A stretch of 64,000 bases of DNA from Phaeosaccion multiseriatum (Eukaryota > Protista > Ochrophyta, other classes), in the NCBI GenBank assembly GCA_965112735.1, contig OZ218951.1, positions 620,001 through 684,000 of the forward strand, given 5' to 3'. A model generated the notes under the pieces. It searched no databases, was not told where the DNA came from, and saw only the letters and a list, made by a program, of their open reading frames with translations. Shown in pieces: positions 63,501 through 64,000 of this stretch. The position numbers were made by a program, and so were the translations under genes. Numbering within the stretch: the stretch's first letter is position 1; every line of letters starts with the position of its first letter.

Positions 63501-64000
63501 TGTCCCCCTCCCCCCCTCTCAGGATCCGGCCACTGTCGCACCTACAGAGGCGGTAACTGATGCTCCCACCGTGAGTCCCAAAGTCCATTCTCCGGAATCT
63601 TGTTGAGGATTTTGTCTGGACTTGTCTTTTTTATTTTACTTTTAGTGTTGCTCACTTTCCTCTTCTCCTCTTTTGTCCCCCTCCCCCCCTCTCAGGATCC
63701 GGCCACTGTCGCACCTACAGAGGCGGTAACTGATGCTCCCACCGTGAGTCCCAAAGTCCATTCTCCGGAATCTTGTTGAGGATTTTGTCTGGACTTGTCT
63801 TTTTTATTTTACTTTTAGTGTTGCTCACTTTCCTCTTCTCCTCTTTTGTCCCCCTCCCCCCCTCTCAGGATCCGGCCACTGTCGCACCTACAGAGGCGGT
63901 AACTGATGCTCCCACCGTGAGTCCCAAAGTCCATTCTCCGGAATCTTGTTGAGGATTTTGTCTGGACTTGTCTTTTTTATTTTACTTTTAGTGTTGCTCA
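60577..64000 (+). CDS. Secreted Cys-rich repeat glycoprotein: six CC...CxxxC...GC..GLG..C modules with P/T/A linkers, 3' partial
   Basis: Signal peptide MHTATVAALLGLIGSAAA; exons ~60577-60916, 61184-61268, 61372-61469, 61566-61662, 61794-61957, 62157-62348, 62573-62754, 62841-62904, 63215-63390, then 48-nt exons at 63523, 63696 and 63869. Confidence 0.85.
63351..64000 (+). repeat. 173-bp tandem repeat; each unit is a 48-nt exon plus a 125-nt intron
   Basis: Units start at 63523, 63696 and 63869 (period 173) and look identical by eye; a slightly diverged copy lies at 63351-63522; the array is cut by the window end. Confidence 0.95.

Noticed and set aside
63351-64000. CRISPR-like array
   Set aside because: Units are identical end to end with no unique spacers, no cas genes, and a eukaryotic exon/intron structure.

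Overview
Gene-dense, intron-rich, GC-rich eukaryotic nuclear DNA, most likely from a photosynthetic stramenopile (ochrophyte): two proteins carry bipartite signal + ASAFAP-type plastid presequences. I assembled 15 gene models by eye from splice sites and reading-frame continuity (no alignments or database searches, so exon edges and family calls are provisional): an FNIP-like repeat protein, an ApaH-like metallophosphoesterase, a DUF1517/FLAP1-like plastid protein, a secreted unknown protein, an RRM-RS-SAP protein, a zeaxanthin epoxidase, an EF-hand/Tudor-like protein, a DUF202 membrane protein, a histidine phosphatase, a small unknown protein, a PP2C, a ~15 kb C2/PH/Sec6-like gene, a polyQ coiled-coil protein and two adjacent secreted Cys-rich module proteins. 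Introns carry many microsatellites, which explain most long low-complexity ORFs in the track. Most notable: (1) a 173-bp tandem array in which each unit is a complete 48-nt exon plus intron, extending a mucin-like stalk past the window end; (2) an apparently circularly permuted PH domain in a C2-PH-C2-PH-Sec6-like protein; (3) a shared Cys-rich module in the two secreted genes; (4) intron repeats that echo their own splice sites or are complementary end to end; (5) 19-aa FNIP-like repeats in symmetric exons. I found no rRNA, tRNA, CRISPR array or autonomous transposon.
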